64,000 nucleotides of DNA, taken from NCBI GenBank assembly GCA_964426845.1, contig CAYRSA010000004.1:61845-125844 (forward strand). Direction: 5' to 3'. Below, piece by piece: positions 1-10,774 of the stretch. Position 1 is the stretch's first letter; the number at the start of each line of letters is the position of its first letter. The position numbers and the translations under genes are program-made. The DNA comes from an uncultured Candidatus Saccharibacteria bacterium. GTDB lineage: Bacteria > Patescibacteriota > Saccharimonadia > Saccharimonadales > JAGQNJ01. The notes beneath the pieces were generated by a model. The model saw nothing but the letters and a program-made list of their open reading frames with translations. It was not told the origin of the DNA and made no database searches.

Positions 1-1329
1 ATCTAAAAAGCTGGCTGTTTGGCGCTGACGCTTGAGTACTGTATGGTAACTAACCGCAAAACGGTGCGACTCATCGCGGATCCTCTGCAGCAGCTTAACG
101 GTGTGTGACGACTTGGGTAGTAGAATCATGCTAAAGTCACCGTTGCTTTGACCGCCGTGTTTGGCTAGGCCTAAGTAATTAATCAGTGACTCTTTGTTGT
201 GAATGACAATTTCCTCTTCGCGCTTGGCCAGTCCAATCATGGGAATAGCTGGATATCCGGCAGCGTTGCGAGCCTTCAAAGCCGCGCTCAGCTGTCCCTT
301 GCCTCCGTCAATCAGAAACAGATCAGGCAGGCCCCATTGCTTAACATTCTTAGCGCTCAGCCGGCGCGAAATGGCTTCGTTCATATGGGCAAAATCATCG
401 TTGCCCGGTAGCCGCATTTTGAATTTGCGGTACTCAGCCTTGTTAGGCATGCCGTTAGTAAAGACCACCATACTGGCAGTGGTGTCGGTGCCGCTCATAT
501 GAGAAATGTCATAGCCCTCAATTCTTCGAGGTGGCTCATCTAAGCCCAGCAATGTGCCTAGCCCAGCCATACCCTCGTCCTTGCTGAGGTCCATGAATTC
601 TTTATCACTAAAAACTATTTGTTTAGTCAGACCTTTGAGAGCGAACAACTGTTTGCGATACCTAGCCGCCTCTTCAAAGTCTGATCGCTTGGCCGCCGCC
701 AACATATCCTTCTCGACTTGCTTGATCAGCACTTTGCGCTCGCCCTTGAAATACTGCATCAACTTGCGCAAGTTAGCTCTATACTCCTGCAGGCTGGTTT
801 TATCCTCTTCCAAGCCCGGGCAAAGACCCAGGTGATACTGCAAGCAGGCTCGCCGCGGCATAGTGCCAGTGTGAGTGGAGTATGGAAAAGCCCGCCGCAA
901 ATATAACAGAGCTTTCTTGACGCTAAACACGCTGAAGTATGGACCGAAGTACTTGGCGCCGTCATCCAGCGGTCGCCGAGTCACCGTGACTGTTGGATGC
1001 TTGGAGTTGTAGTCCACGCGAATAAAGCCACTACTCTTATCATCGCGTAGCAAAATGTTATAGCGAGGTTTATATCTCCGAATCAGCTCGGCCTCAAGGA
1101 ACAGGGCGTCCAGCTCGGTCTCCACCGTGATCCAGTCGACGGTCTCAATCTCGGCCACCAAAGCCTCGGTTTTAGGATCCGGCGTGCGGCTCTTCTGAAA
1201 ATACTGGCGAACCCGGTTCTTAAGCACTGCGGCTTTACCGACATAGATAATCTTGCCAGCCCGGTTTTTATACAGATAAACACCGGGGTCGCCGGGTAAA
1301 TCTTTAAGCCGCTTCGTATCAAAAGCCAT
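1..1329 (-). CDS. uvrC: Excinuclease ABC subunit C (UvrC), N-terminal ~440 aa; the gene continues beyond the window start, so it is absent from the ORF track
   Basis: Manual translation of the minus strand from the ATG at 1329 gives MAFDTKRLKDLPGDPGVYLYKNRAGKIIYVGKAAVLKNRVRQYF..., i.e. a GIY-YIG nuclease motif, then a UvrBC-interaction region, then EGYDISHMSG (Endo V-like domain). The reading frame stays open to position 1. Confidence 0.85.
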   Translation of the reverse strand, partial: MAFDTKRLKDLPGDPGVYLYKNRAGKIIYVGKAAVLKNRVRQYFQKSRTPDPKTEALVAEIETVDWITVETELDALFLEAELIRRYKPRYNILLRDDKSSGFIRVDYNSKHPTVTVTRRPLDDGAKYFGPYFSVFSVKKALLYLRRAFPYSTHTGTMPRRACLQYHLGLCPGLEEDKTSLQEYRANLRKLMQYFKGERKVLIKQVEKDMLAAAKRSDFEEAARYRKQLFALKGLTKQIVFSDKEFMDLSKDEGMAGLGTLLGLDEPPRRIEGYDISHMSGTDTTASMVVFTNGMPNKAEYRKFKMRLPGNDDFAHMNEAISRRLSAKNVKQWGLPDLFLIDGGKGQLSAALKARNAAGYPAIPMIGLAKREEEIVIHNKESLINYLGLAKHGGQSNGDFSMILLPKSSHTVKLLQRIRDESHRFAVSYHTVLKRQRQTASFLD

Positions 1330-1330
1330 A

Positions 1331-2221
1331 CTAGGCTCCAACGACTACAGCGCAGTCGGTGCTCTCGCAAACCGGTGTTTGGTCGCAGTTTTCACAGATT
1401 AGTACCAAGCGATTGCAGGCCACGTTACTGCAGTTTTCATAATTGCTGGTTTTGCCAGAGCAGTGCACGCACTCGCCGATGTCTTTAGATTTATCGGAAA
1501 AGCGGTGGACCATGCGGTCGTCAAAAATGTGCAGAGCCCCTTCCCACAGGCCATCATCGCCGTACTTCTCGCCGTATTTCACAATGCCGCCGTCTATCTG
1601 GTAGACATCCTTGAAGCCTCGGTTTTTCATTAATGTGCTCAGCACTTCGCAGCGAATACCGCCGGTGCAATAGGTGACCACTGGCTTGTCTTTGATGTCT
1701 TCGTATTTGTCAGACTCCAACTCTTTAATGAAGTCGTGGGTAGTCTTGGTGTCTGGCACGACGGCGTTTTTGAACTTGCCGATTTTGGCCTCGTAAGCGT
1801 TGCGGCCGTCGAAAAACACCACATCATCGTTTTCTTCAATAAGTTTATGAAGTTGAGCCGGTTTAAGGTGCTTCCCACCTCCCTTGACACCCTTGGCATC
1901 AACTTTGATCTCATCCGGTCGACCAAAAGCCACCAGCTCTGGCCGAACTTTGACGCTCAGCCGTGGGAATTCGTCGCCCGAGCCCTGGCTCCATTTATAA
2001 ACAATGCCTTTAAAAACCACCGACTTGTTCATCTCCGACTTGTATTGGCGCAAGGACTTCAGTGGCCCGCCCAGAGTGCCATTGATGCCGTGGGGGCTAA
2101 TAATAATCCGGCCTTTGAGGCCTAATCGGCTACACAATTCCCTCTGCCAGCGCATAGTCATAGCCGGGTCAGCAACCGGTACAAATTTGTAATATAAAAT
2201 CACCTTTTCCATCAGATACAT
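1331..2221 (-). CDS. trhO: Rhodanese-domain tRNA uridine(34) hydroxylase family protein (TrhO/YceA, UPF0176)
   Basis: Rhodanese fold with a catalytic Cys loop (VTYCTGGIRCE) and a C-terminal Cys-rich tail (CVHCSGK...CENCDQTPVC). The stop lies 1 nt before the uvrC ATG. Confidence 0.7.
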   Translation of the reverse strand: MYLMEKVILYYKFVPVADPAMTMRWQRELCSRLGLKGRIIISPHGINGTLGGPLKSLRQYKSEMNKSVVFKGIVYKWSQGSGDEFPRLSVKVRPELVAFGRPDEIKVDAKGVKGGGKHLKPAQLHKLIEENDDVVFFDGRNAYEAKIGKFKNAVVPDTKTTHDFIKELESDKYEDIKDKPVVTYCTGGIRCEVLSTLMKNRGFKDVYQIDGGIVKYGEKYGDDGLWEGALHIFDDRMVHRFSDKSKDIGECVHCSGKTSNYENCSNVACNRLVLICENCDQTPVCESTDCAVVVGA

Positions 2222-2241
2222 TCTAGCAAATCACCTCTGTT

Positions 2242-2270
2242 TTGTCATCTATTGACATTAGTGGTATAAT
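2242..2270 (+). promoter_or_regulatory. Sigma70-type promoter: -35 TTGTCA, 17-bp spacer, extended -10 TGGTATAAT
   Basis: Read directly from the sequence. It sits upstream of the uORF and the ABC exporter pair. Confidence 0.5.
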
Positions 2271-2302
2271 TAACAGATTGTAAACTAAAGGAAAGGCGAC
2301 AA

Positions 2303-2377
2303 ATGGTATTCAAACCAATCACAACAGAGACAGACATGCTTGTCGCCGACGCGCGCTTTGCGTTCCTTGCCTCGTAA
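2303..2377 (+). CDS. 24-codon upstream ORF (MVFKPITTETDMLVADARFAFLAS); candidate leader peptide for the downstream ABC exporter genes
   Basis: ATG preceded by AAAGGAAAGG at a Shine-Dalgarno-like distance. An 8-bp inverted repeat GGCGACAA (2295-2302) / TTGTCGCC (2340-2347) brackets the start. Too short for the ORF track. Confidence 0.35.
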   Translation: MVFKPITTETDMLVADARFAFLAS

Positions 2378-2437
2378 TTCCAAAACCCAAACTTTTAAAA
2401 CATTATATGAATTAGGCAGCCGAGGAGGGCTGTTCCT

Positions 2438-4219
2438 ATGCTAGAGAAAAAATCAACTGCCATGCAGACAGTCAAGCTGTTTTGGCACCATGCCAGCCGC
2501 CACCCAGGTTTAGTGACCGGTTCGCTAGTGTCGATGCCTTTAAATGTCTTCTTCAACCACTTTCTACCCCCACTTGTCGTAGCCAGTATCTTGCAACGCT
2601 TGTCGGAAGGCGATTATGTCAGTGGCGAAGTTTGGGCTAGCTTCGGGCCGGCCTTAGTCCTGTATTTCTTTCTGATGGCTTTTAGTTCTATCGGCTGGCG
2701 AGCTGTCGACTATTTTATGTGGCGTCTTGAGGCTCGAGTTAGCCGCAGTCTTGCCCAATCTGTCTTTGCTAACTTACTCAACCAGAGTGCTGATTTTCAC
2801 GCCAATAGTTTTAGCGGCTCACTAGTGTCGCAGACCAACAAGCTGATTGGAGCCTACAACCGCGTGGCCGAAACAACCATTTATCAAGTATTGCCCTTAC
2901 TCTGGGGTCTGATCTTCACATCGATATTACTTATAAACCGCGCTCCCATATTCGTGGTGGCCTTTTGGGTGCTAGCACTTGCTTATGTGGTTATTGCAGT
3001 CTATGTTACCCGACCAGCTCGTAAGCAATCTGCTTTGCATGCCGCGGCTGAAAGTCGGCAAACAGGTTACTTAGCAGATGCGATAAGTAATGTCATGGCT
3101 ATCAAAAGCTACGCTGGTAAACAGCATGAAGCCACTGGCTTTGCCCGAGTAACCAAAGAAACCTACGACTCGCTATTCCGGCTAGCCCATACCTTGCAGA
3201 TACAGATGTGGTACTTCTCGGCCCTGGCCCGTATATTCCAGGTTGTGGCCCTAGTTTCAGCAGTAATTAGTGTCGTGGTATTCGATGCCAACATCGCCAC
3301 AGTTTTCCTGGTGCTAAGCTTTTCATCACAACTGGCCGACCAACTATTTACCTTTAGCAACAACTCTATCCGTAACTATACCAGGGCCTTTGGGGATGCC
3401 CAGGAAATGACTGAGATCCTGAGGCTAACCCCAGAAATATTAGACCCAGAAAACCCCGAACCAGTGACCATCAAGGATGGAAAAATTGAGTTCCAGGACG
3501 TTACCTTCACTCATACCGGAACCAACGATGCCTTGTTCAGCGATCTTAGTCTGTCCATCAAACCGGGTGAAAAAGTTGGTCTTGTCGGGCACTCAGGTTC
3601 CGGAAAAACAACTTTTACCCGATTGCTGCTGCGGTTTAGCGACATCGATGGCGGTGCTATCAAGCTCGACGATCAAGATATTCGCGCCATCACCCAAGAC
3701 GACCTCCACAAGAAGATCGCTTATGTACCGCAAGAGCCTCTAATGTTCCACCGCTCTCTAGCTGATAACATCCGTTATGGTAACTTTTCAGCCAGCCAGA
3801 AAGAAATTGAAAGAGTGGCCAAGTTAGCCCATGCCGACGACTTCATAAAGGATCAACCCAAAGGCTATGAAACCTTAGTGGGCGAACGCGGCGTCAAGCT
3901 TTCTGGTGGCCAACGTCAACGAATTGCCATTGCTCGGGCTATGCTTAAAGACGCTCCGATTTTGCTACTTGATGAAGCTACCTCCGCCCTGGACTCCGAA
4001 AGCGAAGTCCTAATTCAGGATGCCCTATGGAAGTTGATGGAGGGACGTACAGCCATTGTCATTGCCCACCGTCTCAGTACCATTCAGAAAATGGACCGCA
4101 TTGTGGTCATGGATAATGGTAGTATTGTTGAAGAGGGTACCCACAAAGAGCTGATTGCCAAAAAGGGTGTCTACGCTAGCCTTTGGGATCACCAAACCGG
4201 TGGTTTCATCGAGGAATAA
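2438..4219 (+). CDS. ABC exporter, fused permease-ATPase (type I exporter half-transporter), subunit 1
   Basis: Six-TM N-terminal domain plus an NBD with Walker A GHSGSGKT, signature LSGGQRQR, Walker B ILLLDEATSALD and an H-loop. A GAGGAGGG SD lies 8 nt upstream. Confidence 0.9.
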   Translation: MLEKKSTAMQTVKLFWHHASRHPGLVTGSLVSMPLNVFFNHFLPPLVVASILQRLSEGDYVSGEVWASFGPALVLYFFLMAFSSIGWRAVDYFMWRLEARVSRSLAQSVFANLLNQSADFHANSFSGSLVSQTNKLIGAYNRVAETTIYQVLPLLWGLIFTSILLINRAPIFVVAFWVLALAYVVIAVYVTRPARKQSALHAAAESRQTGYLADAISNVMAIKSYAGKQHEATGFARVTKETYDSLFRLAHTLQIQMWYFSALARIFQVVALVSAVISVVVFDANIATVFLVLSFSSQLADQLFTFSNNSIRNYTRAFGDAQEMTEILRLTPEILDPENPEPVTIKDGKIEFQDVTFTHTGTNDALFSDLSLSIKPGEKVGLVGHSGSGKTTFTRLLLRFSDIDGGAIKLDDQDIRAITQDDLHKKIAYVPQEPLMFHRSLADNIRYGNFSASQKEIERVAKLAHADDFIKDQPKGYETLVGERGVKLSGGQRQRIAIARAMLKDAPILLLDEATSALDSESEVLIQDALWKLMEGRTAIVIAHRLSTIQKMDRIVVMDNGSIVEEGTHKELIAKKGVYASLWDHQTGGFIEE

Positions 4220-4221
4220 AT

Positions 4222-6027
4222 ATGGAAGAACAACAGTCGGTATCACTAACTAGACGAGTCGCCCTAAGCATCCGAATGCTGAAGACCAGCTGGCAGTTGC
4301 GACCCATGGGTGTCTTTATCTTCTTTGTAGGAGCTTTTATGGAAATCGGTGGTTTCATTCTGTCGGTTTACGCAACGGCCCGTCTGGGAGCTTTAGTAGC
4401 TGCCTTCATCACCAACAACCAGACCGATGGCATCTGGCTTTGGTTATGGGTAGATATCGCAGCTGCCCTAGTTATCGCATTTGGCTTTCTACTTATGAGC
4501 ATAGCCAAGAGATTGCTCTATTTCTCGTTCGTCCGCTGGTCAACCAACAAGTTCTTAGCGGCCGTATCTGACCTTGACATGCCTGATTTCTACAACGAAA
4601 AAAAACGTAATCAGCTTAATAAGGTTGGTGGCGCATATACCTGGCAACTTCCCAACTTGTCTGATGCCAACCTTGACCTGATCTATGGCATTATGCGCTT
4701 TTTGGCTATCACTATTGTGGTCGCTCAGATTACCTGGTGGATTGTACCAATGATTGCTCTATTTTTGGTCCCTACTTTGATCGCCGAAGGCCGCCTGGCT
4801 AAGTTACAATGGTTTGTCTGGGATCAAAAGGGCGACCAACGGCACGTTTTCTGGGGTCTGGATTACATTATCAAGCAGGCCAAAGGCCAAATGGAATTAC
4901 GTAGCACCCAAGCGCGAAATTACGTTTTGAATAAAGTAGATAGTATGAACCTGGACTTTTACAAAACTCAGGAAACCCAGTTCAAAAAGGCTAATCGCGT
5001 GATGGTATTCACCAAGATACTAGAGGTAGCCGGCACGGCTATTGGCTCAATTGTCCTACTAAAACAATTGTTAGCCAGGACCATAAGTCTAGAAAGGTAT
5101 TTCTTCCTGTCTGGAGCCCTGTTGCGTGTTGGCGGAGCTCTGAACGCCATTTTCGGCACCCTATCGCGCATGCAGGAGATGTTGCTGTTCGCCGACAGCT
5201 ACTTCTTACTTGTCGATGCCGAACCGCAAATTGTCGATAAACCCAAGGCTATCGCAATCCCCGCCAAGCGCGTGCCACGGATTGAGTTTCGAGATGTCTG
5301 CTTCACTTATCCTGAACATACTGACCCCATTTTCACAGAATTAAATTTAACCATCGAGCCCGGTGAGCATCTAGCCATCGTTGGTGAAAATGGTGCCGGT
5401 AAAAGTACTCTGATTAAATTACTGTTGCGCTTTTACGTACCTGATTCAGGCCAGATTATGATCGATGGCCAGGATATACGCGATATCGAGATTGAATCTT
5501 GGTACGAACAAGTCGCCACTCTATTTCAAGATTTCAACCACTACCCACTACCCATTGATGAAAACATCTTTATTGGGAGGTCGGATCAAAAACATGATAA
5601 AAAAGCCATGGAACAAGCTGCCAAAACTAGTGGCGTCACCTCATTCGTCAATAGATACGAGCACGGTTGGGACACCGTTTTAGATAGCAGCTTCAAAAAG
5701 GGGGTTGAACCCAGCGGCGGCCAATGGCAAAGAGTCGCTCTGGCTCGGGCTTTTTATCGTCAAGCTAATTTACTGATATTGGATGAACCGACTTCGGCCA
5801 TTGACGCACGGGCCGAGTACGAAATCTTCAACAATATTTTTACTCACTTTGAAAATAAGTCGGCCATTATTGTCAGTCATCGCTTTAGTACTGTTCGCCG
5901 AGCTGACCGTATTGTCATCCTGGAGCACGGCAAGATCGTTGAGCAAGGTACCCACCAAGAACTGATGAAGAACCATGGCGGCACCTACCGTGATATGTTT
6001 GAGAAACAAGCCGAAGGCTACCGCTAG
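4222..6027 (+). CDS. ABC exporter, fused permease-ATPase, subunit 2; likely heterodimer partner of subunit 1
   Basis: NBD with Walker A GENGAGKST, degenerate signature PSGGQWQR, Walker B LLILDEPTSAID. ATG 4222 with a GAGGAA SD is preferred over the TTG start at 4183 in the ORF track. It begins 3 nt after the subunit 1 stop. Confidence 0.85.
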   Translation: MEEQQSVSLTRRVALSIRMLKTSWQLRPMGVFIFFVGAFMEIGGFILSVYATARLGALVAAFITNNQTDGIWLWLWVDIAAALVIAFGFLLMSIAKRLLYFSFVRWSTNKFLAAVSDLDMPDFYNEKKRNQLNKVGGAYTWQLPNLSDANLDLIYGIMRFLAITIVVAQITWWIVPMIALFLVPTLIAEGRLAKLQWFVWDQKGDQRHVFWGLDYIIKQAKGQMELRSTQARNYVLNKVDSMNLDFYKTQETQFKKANRVMVFTKILEVAGTAIGSIVLLKQLLARTISLERYFFLSGALLRVGGALNAIFGTLSRMQEMLLFADSYFLLVDAEPQIVDKPKAIAIPAKRVPRIEFRDVCFTYPEHTDPIFTELNLTIEPGEHLAIVGENGAGKSTLIKLLLRFYVPDSGQIMIDGQDIRDIEIESWYEQVATLFQDFNHYPLPIDENIFIGRSDQKHDKKAMEQAAKTSGVTSFVNRYEHGWDTVLDSSFKKGVEPSGGQWQRVALARAFYRQANLLILDEPTSAIDARAEYEIFNNIFTHFENKSAIIVSHRFSTVRRADRIVILEHGKIVEQGTHQELMKNHGGTYRDMFEKQAEGYR

Positions 6028-6030
6028 GTA

Positions 6031-6729
6031 CTACTCTTCTTCAGACTTGTCTTTGGCCTCAGCCTTGGAGTCAGCATCACCCTCACCGGCCTCGCCACCT
6101 TCACTTTCGGCGCCTTCAGCACCTTCTTCGCCTTCGGCAGCCTCAGCGGCTTCATCCTCTTCAGATACCTGAGCAGGCGTCTCTTCAACTACGGCAATTC
6201 CGTGTTCTGGTTCGGTTAGGACGGTGATTCCTTCTGGAATCTGTAAGTCAGCTACTGTAATCTTGTCGCCGATTTCTACCAAGCCTTCAACGCTAACTTT
6301 AATCTCGTCAATAAGATCTCGAGGTAGAGCCTTAACCTGGACATGATCCAATTGTCGGATGATTAGCAATGAGGCTTTTTCAGCCGGCGCGTCGCCGTCA
6401 AAGACCACTGGCACTTCGGTTTCAACTTCTTCGTTTTGCCTAATCGCCCCGAAAACCACGTGTCGCAGTTTGTGCTTTTTGGGCTCAAAACTGATATCTT
6501 TAATAATCGTCAAAAACTTTTGGTCGCCAACGGTAACATCAACGGCGTGGTGCTTACCGGCTTTATTAAAAAGCTTGACCAGATCCATGTAATTACCCTG
6601 GGCAATCACCGACTCTTGGCCGTGATTATGAACTACCACCGGCACGATACCGTCTCGCTTTAATTGACCTAGGCCTTTGCCGACAGTTTTGCGCTCTTGA
6701 AGCGTGATGGCGATATGTTCCTTACTCAA
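6031..6729 (-). CDS. rplY: 50S ribosomal protein L25 / general stress protein Ctc form, with an acidic C-terminal tail
   Basis: L25 beta-barrel N-domain plus the Ctc C-domain, followed by a Glu/Ala/Gly-rich tail. Confidence 0.8.
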   Translation of the reverse strand: MSKEHIAITLQERKTVGKGLGQLKRDGIVPVVVHNHGQESVIAQGNYMDLVKLFNKAGKHHAVDVTVGDQKFLTIIKDISFEPKKHKLRHVVFGAIRQNEEVETEVPVVFDGDAPAEKASLLIIRQLDHVQVKALPRDLIDEIKVSVEGLVEIGDKITVADLQIPEGITVLTEPEHGIAVVEETPAQVSEEDEAAEAAEGEEGAEGAESEGGEAGEGDADSKAEAKDKSEEE

Positions 6730-6874
6730 AATTCTTTCTCCTTAAATTCGTCTGCCCATTGTAACAAAGATTGAGCAGTTTGTCACCTCTGGTGACCAAA
6801 AGGAGTCCGGAACCAAAATTAGCTATCCAGGTCACGGCAGGCAATCGGCTAAAGTTTTGCTATACTGGTTCTAC

Positions 6875-7525
6875 ATGTTTGATGTTAACGCCATTGTCGG
6901 TGCCGGAATCTTCGTAGTTGCAGCTGTTATTTTTGCCGAATCAGGCTTGCTTATTGGTTTCTTTTTGCCGGGCGACACCCTGTTATTCAGCGCCGGCTTG
7001 ATAGCTTCCCAGGGCGAAGTTTCTCTGCCTTGGCTAATCGTGGTAACATCTTTGGCCGCTATTGTTGGTGATAATGTCGGTTACAGCATAGGCCGCCGCG
7101 CAGGCCCCCGAATTTTTAAGAAAAAGGACGGCATTCTTTTTCACCAAGATCACTTACAAAGAGCTGAAAAATTCTATGAGACCCACGGTGGCAAAACCAT
7201 AACTATCGCCAGGTTTGTGCCAGTTGTACGCACTTTCGCCCCAGTAGTAGCTGGAGCTGGCAAAATGCCCCGTAAACGCTTCATGATATACAACGTAACT
7301 GGCGGTATCTTTTGGTGCACCAGTATGATTTTGCTGGGCTATTGGCTGGGTAGCAAAATCCCCGGCCTGGATCACTACATCGAGTACGTGCTAATTGCGG
7401 TTATTGTTATCAGCCTGTTGGGCTCCTTTGCTCATGTCCTTCGGGACGGCAAGACTCGCAAAGCTATGTGGGCCGGCATTAAAAACCAAGCCAGCAAAGT
7501 CGCCCTCAACAAAAAGGTTGATTAG
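6875..7525 (+). CDS. DedA/VTT-domain (SNARE-associated) membrane protein
   Basis: Contains the DedA motifs GDTLLFSAG...GYSIGRRAG and multiple TM segments. The ORF track starts at TTG 6857; ATG 6875 is preferred because an extended -10 TGCTATACT (6858-6866) lies 8 nt upstream, making a leaderless candidate. Confidence 0.75.
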   Translation: MFDVNAIVGAGIFVVAAVIFAESGLLIGFFLPGDTLLFSAGLIASQGEVSLPWLIVVTSLAAIVGDNVGYSIGRRAGPRIFKKKDGILFHQDHLQRAEKFYETHGGKTITIARFVPVVRTFAPVVAGAGKMPRKRFMIYNVTGGIFWCTSMILLGYWLGSKIPGLDHYIEYVLIAVIVISLLGSFAHVLRDGKTRKAMWAGIKNQASKVALNKKVD

Positions 7526-7911
7526 TCTGCTTCTGTAAACTTGAGAGCCTGTTCGAGAAAGAGTTTCGGTCGGTAGCCGTTGGAGTCGATTTTTTTGGCT
7601 ATCTCGCTACCTGGACCGGTGAAGCAATGTCTCATCATTTTTCTGGTTGCTAGTATGTCAGCATGCCCCCGAGCCGTAGACTCGTCGACACCAACACTAC
7701 AAAAGGCTCTGGTAACTTCCTCGTATATCGAGGTTTGTTCCTCTGGTGGTCTTTGCTCCTCGGCAATGCCGGCACAAATAACTAATAGCTTGGCGCCAGT
7801 CAAAGCTCTTTCCGGCGATGCACTACCTTGCTCTGCGTGAGCCACTAAGAAACCGGCTAAGGCCTGCTCTGTTTGAGCAATAAGCTCTGGGTCTATCTCC
7901 GGACGATTCAT
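7522..7911 (-). CDS. Hypothetical protein, 129 aa
   Basis: ORF only; no motif recognised. Convergent with dedA, with a 4-nt overlap. Confidence 0.4.
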   Translation of the reverse strand: MNRPEIDPELIAQTEQALAGFLVAHAEQGSASPERALTGAKLLVICAGIAEEQRPPEEQTSIYEEVTRAFCSVGVDESTARGHADILATRKMMRHCFTGPGSEIAKKIDSNGYRPKLFLEQALKFTEAD

Positions 7912-7918
7912 AGATATA

Positions 7919-10750
7919 TTATAACACAGTTGTCAAGTATTTACCAGTGTAGGATTGTTTGTTTTTGGCCACATTTTCGGGAGTACCTTCGGCAATAACT
8001 TGGCCACCGCCACTGCCACCTTCCGGTCCCATATCGATGATATGATCAGCCGACTTAATGACGTCTAAGTTGTGTTCTATTACCACCATGCTGTTGCCGG
8101 CATCAACAAGGGCGTGCAGAACTTGCAGAAGCTTGCTAACATCGGCCATGTGCAAGCCGGTGGTCGGTTCATCCAGAATATACAGCGTGCGGCCAGTTGG
8201 ACGACGTGACAATTCGGTAGCTAGTTTAACGCGCTGAGCCTCACCACCCGACAAAGTCGTAGCCGATTGGCCGAGGGCAATATACCCCAGGCCAACGTCT
8301 ACCAAAGTCTGCAGTTTTCGAGCGATGGCCGGGATGTTGGCAAAGAACTCCAGAGCCTGCTCGCAGGTCATCTCTAAAATGTCGGCGATAGTTTTCTCTT
8401 TGTAGTGTATTTCTAGAGCCTCTTTATTGTAACGTTTGCCGTGGCAGACTTCGCAGGCCACGTAAACGTCCGGTAGAAAGTGCATCTCGATCTTGATGAT
8501 GCCGTCGCCAGCGCAATTTTCACAGCGCCCACCCTTGACGTTGAAGCTAAAGCGGCCTGGGCCATAGCCCCTGATTTTAGACTCTGGAACCGAGGCAAAT
8601 AACTCGCGGATGGGTGTGAATAAGCCAGTATAAGTCGCTGGGTTGGACCGGGGCGTACGGCCAATCGGCGACTGATCGATAATAATCGCTTTGTCTAAGT
8701 TCTCCATACCCAAGATTTCATCATGGCGGCCAGGCACGGTATTGGCCCGGTGCAATCTGGCCGTCAACTCTTTAGCTAGGATGTCGTTAATTAATGACGA
8801 CTTGCCGCTGCCCGAGACACCACTTACCACCACTAGTTCGCCTAGAGGAATATCGACGCTGATATTTTGCAGGTTGTGTTCGCGGGCGCCGGTGATGGAG
8901 ATAGTTTTGCCATTGCCAGACCGGCGCCTTTTCGGAGTTTCGACTTTTTTCTCGCCACGCAGGTACTGTCCGGTGATACTTTTAGGATTCTTGGCTACTT
9001 TGTCCGGCGTGCCTTCGGCTACGACATGACCACCGTGGATTCCGGCGCCCGGACCGATGTCTAGTAGATAGTCGGCTGTTCGGATAGTGTCTTCGTCGTG
9101 TTCAACCACAATTACAGTGTTGCCGAGATCGCGCAGGTGCTTCAAGGTTTTAATTAGCCGAGCATTATCACGCTGGTGCAAACCGATCGACGGCTCATCC
9201 AAAACATACAGCACGCCCATCAGGCCAGAGCCGATCTGGGTGGCTAATCGAATCCGCTGAGCCTCGCCACCGGATAAAGTCGTGGCGCTGCGGGCCAACG
9301 TCAAATAATTAAGACCGACCTCTTTCAAGAAACTGATCCTGGCGCAGATTTCCTTGATCACCTGCTCGGCAATGTGAGCATCTTTTTTGTTAAGTTTTAA
9401 CCCCTCGAAGAACTCCACCGCCTCGTCAACTGAGAAATCACAAATGTCGATAATTGACACATTGGCCACGGTGATGGCCAGAACCTCAGGCTTCAGCCGC
9501 TTACCCTGACAAGCTTGGCAAGGCCGCAGTTGCATAAAGCGTTCAATGTCTCGGCGCATAAAATCGGACTCTGTTTCTTTGTGGCGACGCTCCAGGTTGG
9601 GTACCACACCTTCGTATGTACTCTCAAAGGTCCGACCACTACCTAGGCTGACCCGGTAAGTCTGGTCGCCGGTGCCGTACATCAATTTATCAAGGTCGGC
9701 TTGCTTTAACTGGCCAGTTGGCACGTGCAAGCTAAAACCATGAGCCTCAGCCACCGCCGCCATCTTCTTCATATACCAGGCATCGGTGTTGATACGGTTA
9801 TAGGGACGGATAGCGCCCTCGGCGATAGTTAGTCGACCGTTAGGAATGACTAACTCGGGGTCAACTTCCATACGAGTACCCAGACCGGTGCAGACTGGGC
9901 AAGCACCAAACGGTGAGTTGAAACTGAAAGTCCGAGGCTCGAGTTCCGGAATCAAAACATCAGGATGATCAATACAGGCATACATTAAGCTGTATTGGCT
10001 GTCGGTCTTGGCGTCGGCGTTGTGGATGGTTAGCTTGCCATCAGCCAGCTCTAGAGCCTGTTCAATTGACTGGACCATACGCCCCTGGCTATCATCATTG
10101 TTGACCAAGCGGTCCACCACCACTTCGATAGTGTGTTTTTTAGCCTTGTCCAGGTCCGGGAATTCATCCAGAGCATAAATAACCCCGTCTACCCTTGCCC
10201 TGGCAAAGCCACCGCGCATAAATTGCTCTGGCACATGCTCGAAGGCGCCTTTTTTCTCGATCACTACAGGTGCCAAGACAATCAACTTGGCATCCTTAGT
10301 TTGAGCTTTAACCTGCGAGATGATATCAGCGGCCGTTTGCTTGGACACCGGTTTGCCACAGACCGGACAGTGCGGCGTGCCGATTCGAGCAAATAACAAA
10401 CGTAAGTAGTCATAGATCTCGGTTACTGTGGCCACGGTCGAGCGCGGGTTGCGCGAGGTCGATTTTTGATCAATCGAAATAGCCGGACTCAGTCCATCGA
10501 TTTGATCAACATCGGGCTTTTCCATGAGACCCAGGAACTGGCGGGCGTAAGAGCTAAGACTCTCGACGTACCGTCTTTGTCCCTCAGCATAAATAGTGTC
10601 GAAAGCCAGACTGGACTTACCCGACCCAGATAAGCCAGTGATAACAATCAGCTTTTCGCGCGGAATCTCCACCGAAATATTCTTCAGGTTGTGTTCGCGG
10701 GCCCCTTTAACAACTATTTTCTCGCTCATACGTGGAGCGGATTGTACCAA
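7919..10750 (-). CDS. uvrA: Excinuclease ABC subunit A (UvrA)
   Basis: 943 aa with two ABC ATPase modules ([20 protein letters not shown]), LSGGEAQR signatures and zinc-finger Cys clusters. Confidence 0.95.
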   Translation of the reverse strand: MVQSAPRMSEKIVVKGAREHNLKNISVEIPREKLIVITGLSGSGKSSLAFDTIYAEGQRRYVESLSSYARQFLGLMEKPDVDQIDGLSPAISIDQKSTSRNPRSTVATVTEIYDYLRLLFARIGTPHCPVCGKPVSKQTAADIISQVKAQTKDAKLIVLAPVVIEKKGAFEHVPEQFMRGGFARARVDGVIYALDEFPDLDKAKKHTIEVVVDRLVNNDDSQGRMVQSIEQALELADGKLTIHNADAKTDSQYSLMYACIDHPDVLIPELEPRTFSFNSPFGACPVCTGLGTRMEVDPELVIPNGRLTIAEGAIRPYNRINTDAWYMKKMAAVAEAHGFSLHVPTGQLKQADLDKLMYGTGDQTYRVSLGSGRTFESTYEGVVPNLERRHKETESDFMRRDIERFMQLRPCQACQGKRLKPEVLAITVANVSIIDICDFSVDEAVEFFEGLKLNKKDAHIAEQVIKEICARISFLKEVGLNYLTLARSATTLSGGEAQRIRLATQIGSGLMGVLYVLDEPSIGLHQRDNARLIKTLKHLRDLGNTVIVVEHDEDTIRTADYLLDIGPGAGIHGGHVVAEGTPDKVAKNPKSITGQYLRGEKKVETPKRRRSGNGKTISITGAREHNLQNISVDIPLGELVVVSGVSGSGKSSLINDILAKELTARLHRANTVPGRHDEILGMENLDKAIIIDQSPIGRTPRSNPATYTGLFTPIRELFASVPESKIRGYGPGRFSFNVKGGRCENCAGDGIIKIEMHFLPDVYVACEVCHGKRYNKEALEIHYKEKTIADILEMTCEQALEFFANIPAIARKLQTLVDVGLGYIALGQSATTLSGGEAQRVKLATELSRRPTGRTLYILDEPTTGLHMADVSKLLQVLHALVDAGNSMVVIEHNLDVIKSADHIIDMGPEGGSGGGQVIAEGTPENVAKNKQSYTGKYLTTVL

Positions 10751-10774
10751 ATTTTTGGGTTTTTTTCCAGTGCC

